A DNA stretch of 64,000 bases, from positions 32,001 through 96,000 of IMG/VR virus record IMGVR_UViG_3300017792_000017. The stretch is one strand, 5' to 3'. The notes below the pieces were generated by a model that had not been told where the DNA came from, ran no database searches, and saw only the letters and a list, made by a program, of their open reading frames with translations. Positions 37,981-46,523 of the stretch are shown piece by piece; the stretch's first letter is position 1, and each line of letters starts with the position of its first letter. The stretch is from a virus. The translations under genes and the position numbers were made by a program.

Positions 37981-38544
37981 TTAGTCACCACTCATTTCTT
38001 TGATGTAACGCTTAATAGCTTTCTTTTTGTTCTCAGTATCTTCTGTAGTCTGACCTTCTGACAGCATCTCATTGGGGATGAAGTCAAATGGAGCTACTGG
38101 TACTGAGTATCCTTCTTGGTTAAGCATGTATGCAGCTGTAGCTACAAGACCTGTTGACTCGACTGGGATATATACACCATTCTCAGTCAGGACCTTACGA
38201 ACTTCAGTAATTGCGTATGCTAGCTCAAGAGTCGTAGGTGCAGGTACGAATTCAAAGTCTGCTTCGATGTTATTAATAACGTCTGTAGCATACAGAGTAA
38301 ACGCAGCGTCTTCGAAGTACAGTTCTGGTTGAGTTTCGATAAGCTGAAGAACACTAATCTTATCACGTGTCAGGGTGTCAAGCACCATACCAAGCGTAAT
38401 AGAGATAGTTTCGATTTCTAAATCTCTCCACTCACCCTTGCCGAAGATACGATCCAAGGAGGCTTTGATGTGTGAAATTGAAGCCATTGCTAACCTAGGA
38501 TCAGGAGCTTTCAATTCAATGCCGATATCTTCTTCGTCAAACAT
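37981..38544 (-). CDS. Hypothetical protein
   Basis: 187 aa acidic. Confidence 0.6.
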   Translation of the reverse strand: MFDEEDIGIELKAPDPRLAMASISHIKASLDRIFGKGEWRDLEIETISITLGMVLDTLTRDKISVLQLIETQPELYFEDAAFTLYATDVINNIEADFEFVPAPTTLELAYAITEVRKVLTENGVYIPVESTGLVATAAYMLNQEGYSVPVAPFDFIPNEMLSEGQTTEDTENKKKAIKRYIKEMSGD

Positions 38545-38546
38545 AC

Positions 38547-39434
38547 TTATACGTTTTTAGTTAAGTGGAGAGCTACTTTCTGCAGATCCATCGGAAGAGT
38601 TTCAAGTACTTGTTTAAAATGAGCAGGACCGTGGTCGAACTCGTTCCCAATATCTGCACCCATCATTGATGAGAAATGGCCCTTACCAAGCTTTGCGATC
38701 TTCTCAAAGGGAACGTCCTTACCGCACAGCTTAACCATCAGTGATGACCGTAGTGAAGCTTCTTTGGTATGGATTGTTTCGTTGTAGAAGTTGTAGCCCT
38801 TAGTGACTAGACCAGCTTGCTTGTCCATTTCTGAAATTGTATCACAAATGTCACGAACTGTCTCTGGGCGAATTTGATGTGGAAGCTTGTGGATTGCAGT
38901 AGCCAGTTTAACGAATGAAGGATTTTTGGTTTCGTAGAAACGATTAGCAAGTGCCTTAACTGCAGCTTCCTTATCCATATACCCATTACCTGAATAGCGT
39001 ACTACAGCTTCGCTAGGCTCAATACCCTTTTCTTTAGCTTCGTCATAAAGCTCAGCAGCTTGCTTTGAAAGAGTACCGTTTACACGAAGACCTGAGAGTT
39101 CGCCTTCGAAGTAAGCTTGCTTGGTCATGTAGTCGTCAGTAGCAATGGCAGCAGCTGTAGCTGTGCGCTGTGCAGCAGCCTTGACCATACGGTCAGTTAG
39201 TGCAGCTACCTCAGTCTGAACGCCATAAGCTTCGACAGCCTTTGCAACTTTATCTAGCGCAAAAACGTCTACGGCCTTGTAAGCGACCTTTTCATGGTAC
39301 TTCATTTGCAGGGCCGTAGCGATGCAAGAGTCCTTGTTGTCAAGGGGCATTTCTTGCTCTACAGAAGCCTGCTTTACAAATGAAGCGGCTTCCGGCACAA
39401 GATCGAGAATTTCTTTAAGTGTGTATGCTAGCAT
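38547..39434 (-). CDS. KxA-motif-rich putative head-associated protein
   Basis: Repeated VKQAS, EKVA, VKAA, TKQA, SKQA, DKEA, VKLA, DKQA, TKEAS. Confidence 0.55.
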   Translation of the reverse strand: MLAYTLKEILDLVPEAASFVKQASVEQEMPLDNKDSCIATALQMKYHEKVAYKAVDVFALDKVAKAVEAYGVQTEVAALTDRMVKAAAQRTATAAAIATDDYMTKQAYFEGELSGLRVNGTLSKQAAELYDEAKEKGIEPSEAVVRYSGNGYMDKEAAVKALANRFYETKNPSFVKLATAIHKLPHQIRPETVRDICDTISEMDKQAGLVTKGYNFYNETIHTKEASLRSSLMVKLCGKDVPFEKIAKLGKGHFSSMMGADIGNEFDHGPAHFKQVLETLPMDLQKVALHLTKNV

Positions 39435-39454
39435 AGTGTTTATATCTTAGTTCG

Positions 39455-40057
39455 TTACATGCGTTCATTGTCGAGGTTATGCTGTTCTACAAAGAACTTA
39501 ACCTGTTCGTCACGACTAGCGTCTACTGAAGTTCTAACCTTTTCACGTACCGCTTCCAGAACCTTGTTCGTTGGTTCAAGCTGACCAGCACGGATATGAT
39601 TTGCTGTAAGAACATTTAGAGCATGACCTGGGGTAGGCGTATTAGTAAGCGTCTCTAGTTCACTTCTCATGAACCTACGATCATTCGCTCTACCAACAGC
39701 TCCTAGGATCCCGCTGAAGGCTCCAGACATACCACCGAAGATACCACCTGCCAACAATGCTTCAGCTGGCACTGAGCCGCCTCTAAATGCCTTAGAAAGG
39801 CCAAATGCTGTAGCACCACCTGATACCGCTCCGATGCCTGCTTGCATAAGAGTGTTTTTAAGAACTGATCTGAAATCGTTCTTTGAGAAACCTTGAGGTG
39901 TACCTGCGAGAATATGGTTAGCATACATCTGCAGGGCCTTAAGCTGAGTGTCTCGGCCTAGGGACTTAAAAGTCGGGTCGTCAAGAACCTTATATAGATC
40001 GATACCTTTACGTTTGTAAAAGTCTAGAAGGTTCATAACAATTTCATTGTCATTCAT
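39455..40057 (-). CDS. Hypothetical protein with glycine-zipper-like hydrophobic hairpin
   Basis: AGIGAVSGGATAFG...AGGIFGGMSGAFSGILG. Confidence 0.55.
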   Translation of the reverse strand: MNDNEIVMNLLDFYKRKGIDLYKVLDDPTFKSLGRDTQLKALQMYANHILAGTPQGFSKNDFRSVLKNTLMQAGIGAVSGGATAFGLSKAFRGGSVPAEALLAGGIFGGMSGAFSGILGAVGRANDRRFMRSELETLTNTPTPGHALNVLTANHIRAGQLEPTNKVLEAVREKVRTSVDASRDEQVKFFVEQHNLDNERM

Positions 40058-40086
40058 GGTGTAGGGATCCGTTTTACTCAGATATT

Positions 40087-40731
40087 TTAAGCGGCTAAAG
40101 CTTCTGGTTGTAAGGCTTGAGCCTTGATTTCTAAAGTCTTTTCCATGAGTTTAACGAGGTCATGGGTGAGACAAGGAGTAGTGCTTGGATTGACAGTGAA
40201 CTTGGTCTTGAGTAAGTCGTTGCTTTCTTCTGCACCTGGAATGAATCTATTCTCGATGAATACAAAGTCCCACTCTCCACTAACTGCGAAACAGCAAATT
40301 GCAAGAATGTCAAACTGGCCACGATAAAGCTTTGTAGTCTGAATAGTTCCAACACCTTCAACAGTAACTTCTCTCTTGTCTGTGTTCTTGACAGCTACTG
40401 TACCTTGCCAATTCTGTGAGAGAACGTCTTCTTTAACTGAGGAAGTCACTATCGACTTGCTCTCAATTGAGAGAGGTACACCTTTGTACACAACTCTGAA
40501 GTCACCCTTGTCTGAATCTCTGTCTTGAATCTTGGTTACGGAAGTTACTCCTGGAATACCCAAGATCTGAGTCTTCAATGCACGTTCAGCGAGATACCCT
40601 TGTAGGAATCCACGGAGAGAAGGATTCTCATCGATCATCTCTTGGATGTCGTTCATTGTGAACCCCGAAAGAATAGAAGCTTCGTTCATAGCGTTTTCTT
40701 TGTATTTGATTATCATCCGATTCTCTATCAC
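40087..40731 (-). CDS. PD-(D/E)xK restriction-endonuclease-like protein
   Basis: GYLAE...KGDF...SIESKS; real start possibly 40689. Confidence 0.6.
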   Translation of the reverse strand: MIENRMIIKYKENAMNEASILSGFTMNDIQEMIDENPSLRGFLQGYLAERALKTQILGIPGVTSVTKIQDRDSDKGDFRVVYKGVPLSIESKSIVTSSVKEDVLSQNWQGTVAVKNTDKREVTVEGVGTIQTTKLYRGQFDILAICCFAVSGEWDFVFIENRFIPGAEESNDLLKTKFTVNPSTTPCLTHDLVKLMEKTLEIKAQALQPEALAA

Positions 40732-40914
40732 TCAAGATCTTATGTCAACGATTTTAGTGTTAAAAGAATCTGACTCTATTAGAGACGATTTAAGAGGCTT
40801 CTAGAGGTCAGGTGCTACTCGGCTACTCACTAGGCCCTCTCAGAGGCTCCTAGAGGCTGTAATCCAATCCAAGAGTATTCTGACCTTGTAAAGAGGGGGA
40901 GTTAAACAAGAAGT

Positions 40915-41477
40915 TTTTGGACGTGTCCAGTTTTGTCCAAAAATGTCCATTTTCTTCGAAACGCTGAAACCCAAGCCCAGCAAGGCTTTGCAGGCAGTGT
41001 GTCCAGTTTGTCCAGAAACTTTTTAGAAAACTGGACAGGCTCAAACCCATACTGGATAAGGCTCACAGCGATTTTGTCCAGTTTTTTCGAGGTTTTCAGA
41101 AAAACCATACCTCACTTTCTATTAGAAATAAAAAACTAGCAAAACTGTTACCCCACTCTCTTATATATAAATATATTTTTTAAAAGTTCAAATATAAATA
41201 TATATATAGTACCCCCTGTTTTCTGGACTGTTAGTGGAAACCCTATGTTTTTCTTTTTTGGTAAATTTATTTCTCAAATAGAAAGTGAGGTATGGTTTTT
41301 GGAAAAAAGGCCAAAAAACTGGACAATCTCCCGCAAAGCCTTACTGGGCTTAGGTTTCAGCTGTCCAGTTTTTTTTAGAGAAATTGGACAAACTGGACAC
41401 GCTCCCCGCAAAGCCTTACCCAGTAAGGATCCGAGGTTTTTGACAAATTGGACATTTCTGGACATGTGTCCAGTTTT
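40915..41477. repeat. Large imperfect palindrome with TGTCCA/TGGACA iterons and AT-rich core; candidate replication origin
   Basis: 24-bp perfect IR at 41100-41123 / 41277-41300; 29-bp IR with 2 mismatches; AT tract about 41160-41210. Confidence 0.7.
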
Positions 41478-41533
41478 TGGTATAAGAAGGATAGTAACAC
41501 CCAGTAGTGCCTTCTCACGACCAAGGAAACTAC

Positions 41534-41878
41534 ATGAAATCTAAACATACGTTTGAAGACCAATTGCAGGTAATCAGGGTCGATGGCCACTTTGCGTTAG
41601 TCACCATATTTGACGGACTCATCCAAGATGTACTTGGAGATCCTCCGGAAGGTACTACGTTCTTAGAGTGGGAAACTAATAAACACTTCTACCTCTCCAA
41701 CGCAGCTACATGGTTCAGTCATCTCCCTTTTCTTGGCTATTTCATTTTCGAAGGCAAAGACTATGATTTCGGCCCGCACTCGGAAAATGCACATTTCATA
41801 GAAGACTATGGAAGAGTCGTAACCGAAGCTTATAACTGGCTCACCTCAGAACTCAAATTACGAGGCTGGTTAGAGTAA
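41534..41878 (+). CDS. Hypothetical protein
   Basis: Promoter motif at 41478; AAGGA RBS before ATG 41534; terminator about 41885-41905. Confidence 0.65.
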   Translation: MKSKHTFEDQLQVIRVDGHFALVTIFDGLIQDVLGDPPEGTTFLEWETNKHFYLSNAATWFSHLPFLGYFIFEGKDYDFGPHSENAHFIEDYGRVVTEAYNWLTSELKLRGWLE

Positions 41879-41974
41879 TCTTGTCGGGGCTACGTGCCCC
41901 GTTTTGAATTTTGAAGATAGAAACTGGTATAAGTAAAGTACAGATAACTACAACCTTTTTTAAGGACCAAAGAC

Positions 41975-42286
41975 ATGAGCACATATCGTTCGGACTTGTT
42001 CAAACCGGTTTTGCTTAAAGACGTTGTTGCAGGTAATCACCGCGTTGAATACCGTATCATCCCTGAGTTGACTAGGACCCCGGATTCTATCGATCTTCCC
42101 AACTGGCTCGTGGAACAGATTTTGTACGTTTGGGATTTGGAGTATCAAATCGGTAAGAGTGCAGACAGGGTTAAGGCGATTAAGCTCGTCCGTGAAGTTA
42201 AAGGAAACTTGGGGCTCAAAGAATCCAAGGATGTTGTAGACTCAATCCATGAAGTCCATTTGCGTTGTAAAGGACTTGCTGCATAA
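41975..42286 (+). CDS. Protein with ribosomal bL12 C-terminal-like motif
   Basis: VKAIKLVREVKGNLGLKESKDVVD; promoter motif at 41925. Confidence 0.6.
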   Translation: MSTYRSDLFKPVLLKDVVAGNHRVEYRIIPELTRTPDSIDLPNWLVEQILYVWDLEYQIGKSADRVKAIKLVREVKGNLGLKESKDVVDSIHEVHLRCKGLAA

Positions 42287-42343
42287 GTAGGAGAACAAGG
42301 CCCACAAAGCCTTGTTTTTTAGCATCAACAAAAACAGATCTTT

Positions 42344-42352
42344 TGGTATAAG
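42344..42352 (+). promoter_or_regulatory. TGGTATAAG promoter motif of the RT cassette
   Basis: Motif copy following the terminator at 42293-42320. Confidence 0.7.
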
Positions 42353-42357
42353 CATCT

Positions 42358-42434
42358 TACAGGGCACTACCCTACTCCGGAAGCAGCGACCAATCTTTTT
42401 AGTCAAGCCTACAGACTAATCAGGAGAGATCGCT
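42358..42434 (+). ncRNA. Structured 5' leader (candidate msr-like segment)
   Basis: ctccggaagcag IR arm at 42375-42386, then a hairpin (agcga/tcgct, ttagtc/gactaa). Confidence 0.45.
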
Positions 42435-42563
42435 ATGGGTAAATTCCTAAAGAAGCTCGTCATGGTTGTCCGAGTTGTCAAGATCGTCCTTCGTATCGTT
42501 AATAGCGTTATGGACGTTCTCGATGACTTCGCAACTAAGCTGAGCGATAAAGAAGCGTATTAA
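42435..42563 (+). CDS. 42-aa amphipathic peptide
   Basis: AGGAG RBS; MGKFLKKLVMVVRVVKIVLRIVNSVMDVLDDFATKLSDKEAY. Confidence 0.55.
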   Translation: MGKFLKKLVMVVRVVKIVLRIVNSVMDVLDDFATKLSDKEAY

Positions 42564-42628
42564 CCTTCCCGCTTAGCTCTTTTAGAAACCGTAGGTAGAA
42601 ACTACCTACATTAATTTCGGATGCAACA

Positions 42629-43120
42629 ATGGATATTTCGTCCACTAGTTCGAAGAACGTTCCAAAGATGTCATCGCCTGCCCTAGAGATTAAGAACAAC
42701 TATTATCTCGTTAAAACAGGGCTGCTGTATAACTACTATCCTATCAAGGTCAAGCCGTTCACTGACGGCGATAGTATTATGCGGTTTGAAAAGGCACCGC
42801 CGGTCTTAATGGAAGGTATCGTGATCATAAACAAAAAGCCGTATCACGTAACCGTCCAAGATCTTATGCGTCAGGTAATTCGGAAATCAAGAGAAGTTGC
42901 AGTAGCTAAAAGAGAACAAGCAAATGGAAATTCAGGAACAACTAGTATTAAGGCCCTACGTCAAGCCGTTCAGCATCCAGTCGAACAAGGATCTGTCAGA
43001 GAAGCTTCGGTGGAAATCATCGAAGATGCTAACGCTGCTTGGGAAGAACAAATCGGAGCACTACTCGATTCTTTCTCTGCGAAAGAGGGGGCCGATTACG
43101 AAATACAGAATCCTGCATAA
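42629..43120 (+). CDS. Hypothetical protein overlapping the RT 5' end
   Basis: 163-aa ORF; 197-nt out-of-frame overlap with RT. Confidence 0.45.
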   Translation: MDISSTSSKNVPKMSSPALEIKNNYYLVKTGLLYNYYPIKVKPFTDGDSIMRFEKAPPVLMEGIVIINKKPYHVTVQDLMRQVIRKSREVAVAKREQANGNSGTTSIKALRQAVQHPVEQGSVREASVEIIEDANAAWEEQIGALLDSFSAKEGADYEIQNPA

Positions 43121-43943
43121 TCCAGACAGCTTGATGCGTGTTGTCCAGTATAAGATCCTAACCCAAATACTGGATAAAATTGAGGTACCGGAATACATCC
43201 ATGCTTTTGAGAAGGGCAGGAGTATTCCTAAAATGGCCGAAAGCCATGTGGGTAAGGACATGGTCGTGAGTATCGACCTAGAGGATTTTTTCACTTCTAT
43301 CAAGCAATACCAGCTTTTCGATTTGTTCCAGCATCTTGGCTTCGGTCAAGCACCGGCTAGAACATTGTCAGAACTTTGTACTTATGAGTCATTCGTCCCA
43401 CAAGGAGCCTTGACCAGTCCAAAGATCAGTAACATCATTACTGCACTGACATTCGGTCCTGCTATCAAAGAGTTCTGTGATGAAAACAATCTGACACTCA
43501 GCATCTATGCTGACGACATCACGATCTCGATGGATGCAGAAACGCGAGAGAAGTTAGGGAAAGGTATTGTTGGAAAGATCCTTCGCAAAGTATCAACTGA
43601 AGTTGGGCGTTACCGATTCAGGGTAAATAAGTCCAAGACTAAAGTGATGCGCCATTTCCAACGGCAGTATGTATGCGGAGCCGTTGTGAACGTCAAGGTC
43701 AATCTGCAAAAATCTGAGCGTAACAAACTCAGGGCTATGGTTTACAACTGCAACAAGAACGGAATTGAGGCGGAGGCCGCCAAAGCCGGAATCAGTGCAG
43801 AGTTGTTTTACAGTAAACTCATGGGGCGGTTGAACTGGTTCGGCCAGCTGAATCCCACAGCTGGTGCTCGTTTAAAGTCAAAGCTAAAAGAAGTCGATAT
43901 GGGCAAGCAATCAAGTGATCCTATCGCCATTGAGAAAGCGTAA
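42924..43943 (+). CDS. Retron-type reverse transcriptase
   Basis: R.LHNP, HAFEKGRS, MAESH (region X-like), IDLEDFF, PQGALTSP, YADD, VCG (region Y VTG-like). Confidence 0.9.
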   Translation: MEIQEQLVLRPYVKPFSIQSNKDLSEKLRWKSSKMLTLLGKNKSEHYSILSLRKRGPITKYRILHNPDSLMRVVQYKILTQILDKIEVPEYIHAFEKGRSIPKMAESHVGKDMVVSIDLEDFFTSIKQYQLFDLFQHLGFGQAPARTLSELCTYESFVPQGALTSPKISNIITALTFGPAIKEFCDENNLTLSIYADDITISMDAETREKLGKGIVGKILRKVSTEVGRYRFRVNKSKTKVMRHFQRQYVCGAVVNVKVNLQKSERNKLRAMVYNCNKNGIEAEAAKAGISAELFYSKLMGRLNWFGQLNPTAGARLKSKLKEVDMGKQSSDPIAIEKA

Positions 43944-43977
43944 AAGTATTTATGTCGCTAGACTCAGCAACACCGTA

Positions 43978-44209
43978 AAGTAATCGTATCCGCCATTACG
44001 AAAGCTTTGCCAGTTTTTTCTGACTAGTTCTTCTGGGTAAAAGAACTGTAGTCTGCTTCCGGAGCTTGGCCTGTACTACCGCAGTAAGAAGTTATTCTTA
44101 ACCGTAGTATAAACAGGGAGAGTTGAAATGGACCGCATAAATCCACATCTCGGTGCAGTAGATGGACTCGTACACTGCAATGAAACGAACGTAGTACCCA
44201 TGATTACTT
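43978..44209 (+). ncRNA. Structured RNA downstream of RT (candidate msd / msr-msd)
   Basis: Closing stem aagtaatcgt/atgattactt; hairpins at 44022-44053, about 44070-44117 and about 44154-44179; IR arm at 44053-44064. Confidence 0.5.
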
Positions 44210-44225
44210 CTTAGGAACCAAATAG

Positions 44226-44252
44226 AAAGCCGGGGTTGAACCCGGCTTTTTT
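44226..44252. terminator. Bidirectional terminator
   Basis: aaagccggg/cccggcttt. Confidence 0.8.
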
Positions 44253-45418
44253 TAGCTTTTCGCAGTTAGACGTTGAATTTCGTGAATCCACTGTCTCTCA
44301 GTTTTTTCATTGTATCTATCGAGGTTGTTGTGATTTTTATACACCCAACCTTGAGCACGAGCATAGATGTTGGCAATAAACAACTTCTCAGCAATGTCAT
44401 CTGAATCGTTGGGATCCGCATGGAATAAGCCATCTACCCAATCTACTTCATCAGAAACAACTACTGGTACACCTTGAGAAACTTGATCAGCAGTTACAAT
44501 GTTGAAAGTTTCAGTGTAAGATACTTGTAGGCCAAAATCCATTGTGCCGATCAGTTTGATGAAGTCAGCATGTTTCATCCAAGAATGCTCAACTAACTCA
44601 TGATCAATGCCATTAAAGATCATTTGTAGATTCTTAAGTACCTGGTTGGAGCCAGCGTTCTCAAGACGAGTACTATTGATGTGAAAGAACAACTTCTTAC
44701 CAATACGATCAGCAAACTTGATTGCAGCAAGTGCTTGGATTACATGGTTCTTCAGAGGGCGAATTGCACCGAAACATCCGATATGAACTTCTTGGTTGTG
44801 AGGCTTATAATCGTGACGATCACACTTCAACTTCTGGATAGGGTAGTAGTTAGGAAGATACGGGCAGCGTTCTTTTGCTTGTGCTAGTGACCAATCGGCA
44901 TGATGGTTATACACTAGTTGAGCGATTTCGCTGTTCGTATTTTCTGCATTTGATGAAACGTAAACGTTAGGATAGTCTGTGTATCTCATTGACCAATCAA
45001 ACGCAATGCCTTCATTTGCCAAGAACGGTGACTTACTGTGATTGCGAATAACCCACTTAACCTTTGGATGTAGCTTTGTCAGAACTTCAAACTTCTCTGG
45101 AACTACCCAGTATGCTTCGATTACTACAATGTCTGGTTTGTATCTAGTAACTTCTCTATCAATACCGTTGTTGTCTTCTACGTGTACGATTTCTGCTTCG
45201 AACATGTCTGGATGATCATTTAGCATGTCAACCATGAATCGTGCGCTGTTAAACAAACCGCTTTCTAACATCCCTGTACTGCAGTACCCACCTTCATCTG
45301 TGTAGGCATTTTCTCTATACTTCAAAATAAACTGAATCTTCTTTCTCACAACCTCTCCTTTATCTGTTTGGCTCTTTCTGAAAAGTGAACCGAGCCAACT
45401 TAAAAATTTAGTAAACAT
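44252..45418 (-). CDS. Glycosyltransferase (GT-B fold, GT4-like)
   Basis: GCFGAIRPLKNH and SYTETFNIVTADQVSQGVPVVVS. Confidence 0.7.
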   Translation of the reverse strand: MFTKFLSWLGSLFRKSQTDKGEVVRKKIQFILKYRENAYTDEGGYCSTGMLESGLFNSARFMVDMLNDHPDMFEAEIVHVEDNNGIDREVTRYKPDIVVIEAYWVVPEKFEVLTKLHPKVKWVIRNHSKSPFLANEGIAFDWSMRYTDYPNVYVSSNAENTNSEIAQLVYNHHADWSLAQAKERCPYLPNYYPIQKLKCDRHDYKPHNQEVHIGCFGAIRPLKNHVIQALAAIKFADRIGKKLFFHINSTRLENAGSNQVLKNLQMIFNGIDHELVEHSWMKHADFIKLIGTMDFGLQVSYTETFNIVTADQVSQGVPVVVSDEVDWVDGLFHADPNDSDDIAEKLFIANIYARAQGWVYKNHNNLDRYNEKTERQWIHEIQRLTAKS

Positions 45419-45421
45419 AAA

Positions 45422-46465
45422 TTATCCCATTTGAACGCCACCTGATGTGACATTAACGAAGTGACCGTTAAACGTTGTTTTTGCGCCATCACTGCTAAGA
45501 TTGACTTCGGCACCACTACTATGTTTTAGGTCAATGACGCTACCGTTAACTGTAACAGTTTGTTGCCCTTCGTAATCAAGTTTGATTTGAGAACCATCCC
45601 AAGTGGCGATGTGGTTCCCCCCAAAGTCAACCGTAACCTTAGTGCCGTCTTGGTATATCTTTGTCTGTCCTACTACTTGAGTTACTGCTCCTGATACTCC
45701 ATCCACAATTCGATACATTGAACCGGCTGGAACTTCTTCCCTGAAAATGATTGAAGAACTTGCAGGAGGAGCACCTGCATTTTGATAACCAGTCTTTACA
45801 GCCTGAGCTAAAGCAACATCACCGTAGTACAGGTTGTATCCGTAGTTCTCTATCTTTGCTGCATCAGATGTTGCTGCGTATCCTGTGTATCGATATACTC
45901 GACCTTTGATATTCTTAACGATGTCAGAACTCACATCAGTAAAGTGTTCAAAGTTACGAGAAACAATGCGTACAACATCGTCCCACTTAGAGATAAAGAT
46001 CTCAGCCAATCGTGAACTTCTCATTAATAGAGAGCCCCCTCTAAGTACCGCTAGTATACCACCTCCGCTAGAGGCAATGACACGATCTCCTACAGATAAA
46101 TCTCCAGCTTTGTTAACGTCGTTAATAGCATTTACACCTTCTGGACTGAAATTACCCGTGTCTACTGCTAAAGTGCCAGTATCGATATTGATAGGAAACG
46201 CACTATCAGAGGTTTGCGTACGAGGTAGGAATAGAATAATTAATGGATATCCAAGACCATGCATGACAACAACCCTATCCCCCATCACAGGCGTTACTCT
46301 GTCACCAGCACGACTCGATCCACCTGACGGTTGACCCCATTGAACCTGGTCTAGGTTCTGTCCACGAAGAGTTTTTACCTTACAGAAGGAACGAATTGGA
46401 TCGACTTCTGTTACAGTACCTTCATCAAAAGTGTTGTCAATTTTAGACGGATTGTTAAGCATCAT
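45422..46465 (-). CDS. Baseplate central spike (gp5/gpV-like)
   Basis: N-terminal OB fold (EGTVTEVDP...PVMGDRVVV), C-terminal beta-helix repeats. Confidence 0.65.
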   Translation of the reverse strand: MMLNNPSKIDNTFDEGTVTEVDPIRSFCKVKTLRGQNLDQVQWGQPSGGSSRAGDRVTPVMGDRVVVMHGLGYPLIILFLPRTQTSDSAFPINIDTGTLAVDTGNFSPEGVNAINDVNKAGDLSVGDRVIASSGGGILAVLRGGSLLMRSSRLAEIFISKWDDVVRIVSRNFEHFTDVSSDIVKNIKGRVYRYTGYAATSDAAKIENYGYNLYYGDVALAQAVKTGYQNAGAPPASSSIIFREEVPAGSMYRIVDGVSGAVTQVVGQTKIYQDGTKVTVDFGGNHIATWDGSQIKLDYEGQQTVTVNGSVIDLKHSSGAEVNLSSDGAKTTFNGHFVNVTSGGVQMG

Positions 46466-46523
46466 TTATACCTCAATTTGGTATAAGTATTATAGAATAA
46501 GTCTTTCACCCCAAGGAGGTATT

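Noticed and set aside
40793-40856. 15-bp direct repeat agaggctyctagagg
   Set aside because: Only two copies and no associated element; may simply be part of the origin flank
40850-41590. Short ORFs on both strands, or a CRISPR array, in the repeat region
   Set aside because: The ORFs are by-products of the palindromic iterons; there is no regular repeat-spacer period and no cas gene
42924-43943. RT as a group II intron
   Set aside because: Only 339 aa, no maturase or endonuclease domain recognised, no interrupted host gene, and it has its own promoter and terminator
46431-46523. Upstream extension of the phosphoesterase ORF
   Set aside because: Overlaps the divergent spike gene and the promoter; a strong AGGAGG precedes TTG at 46524
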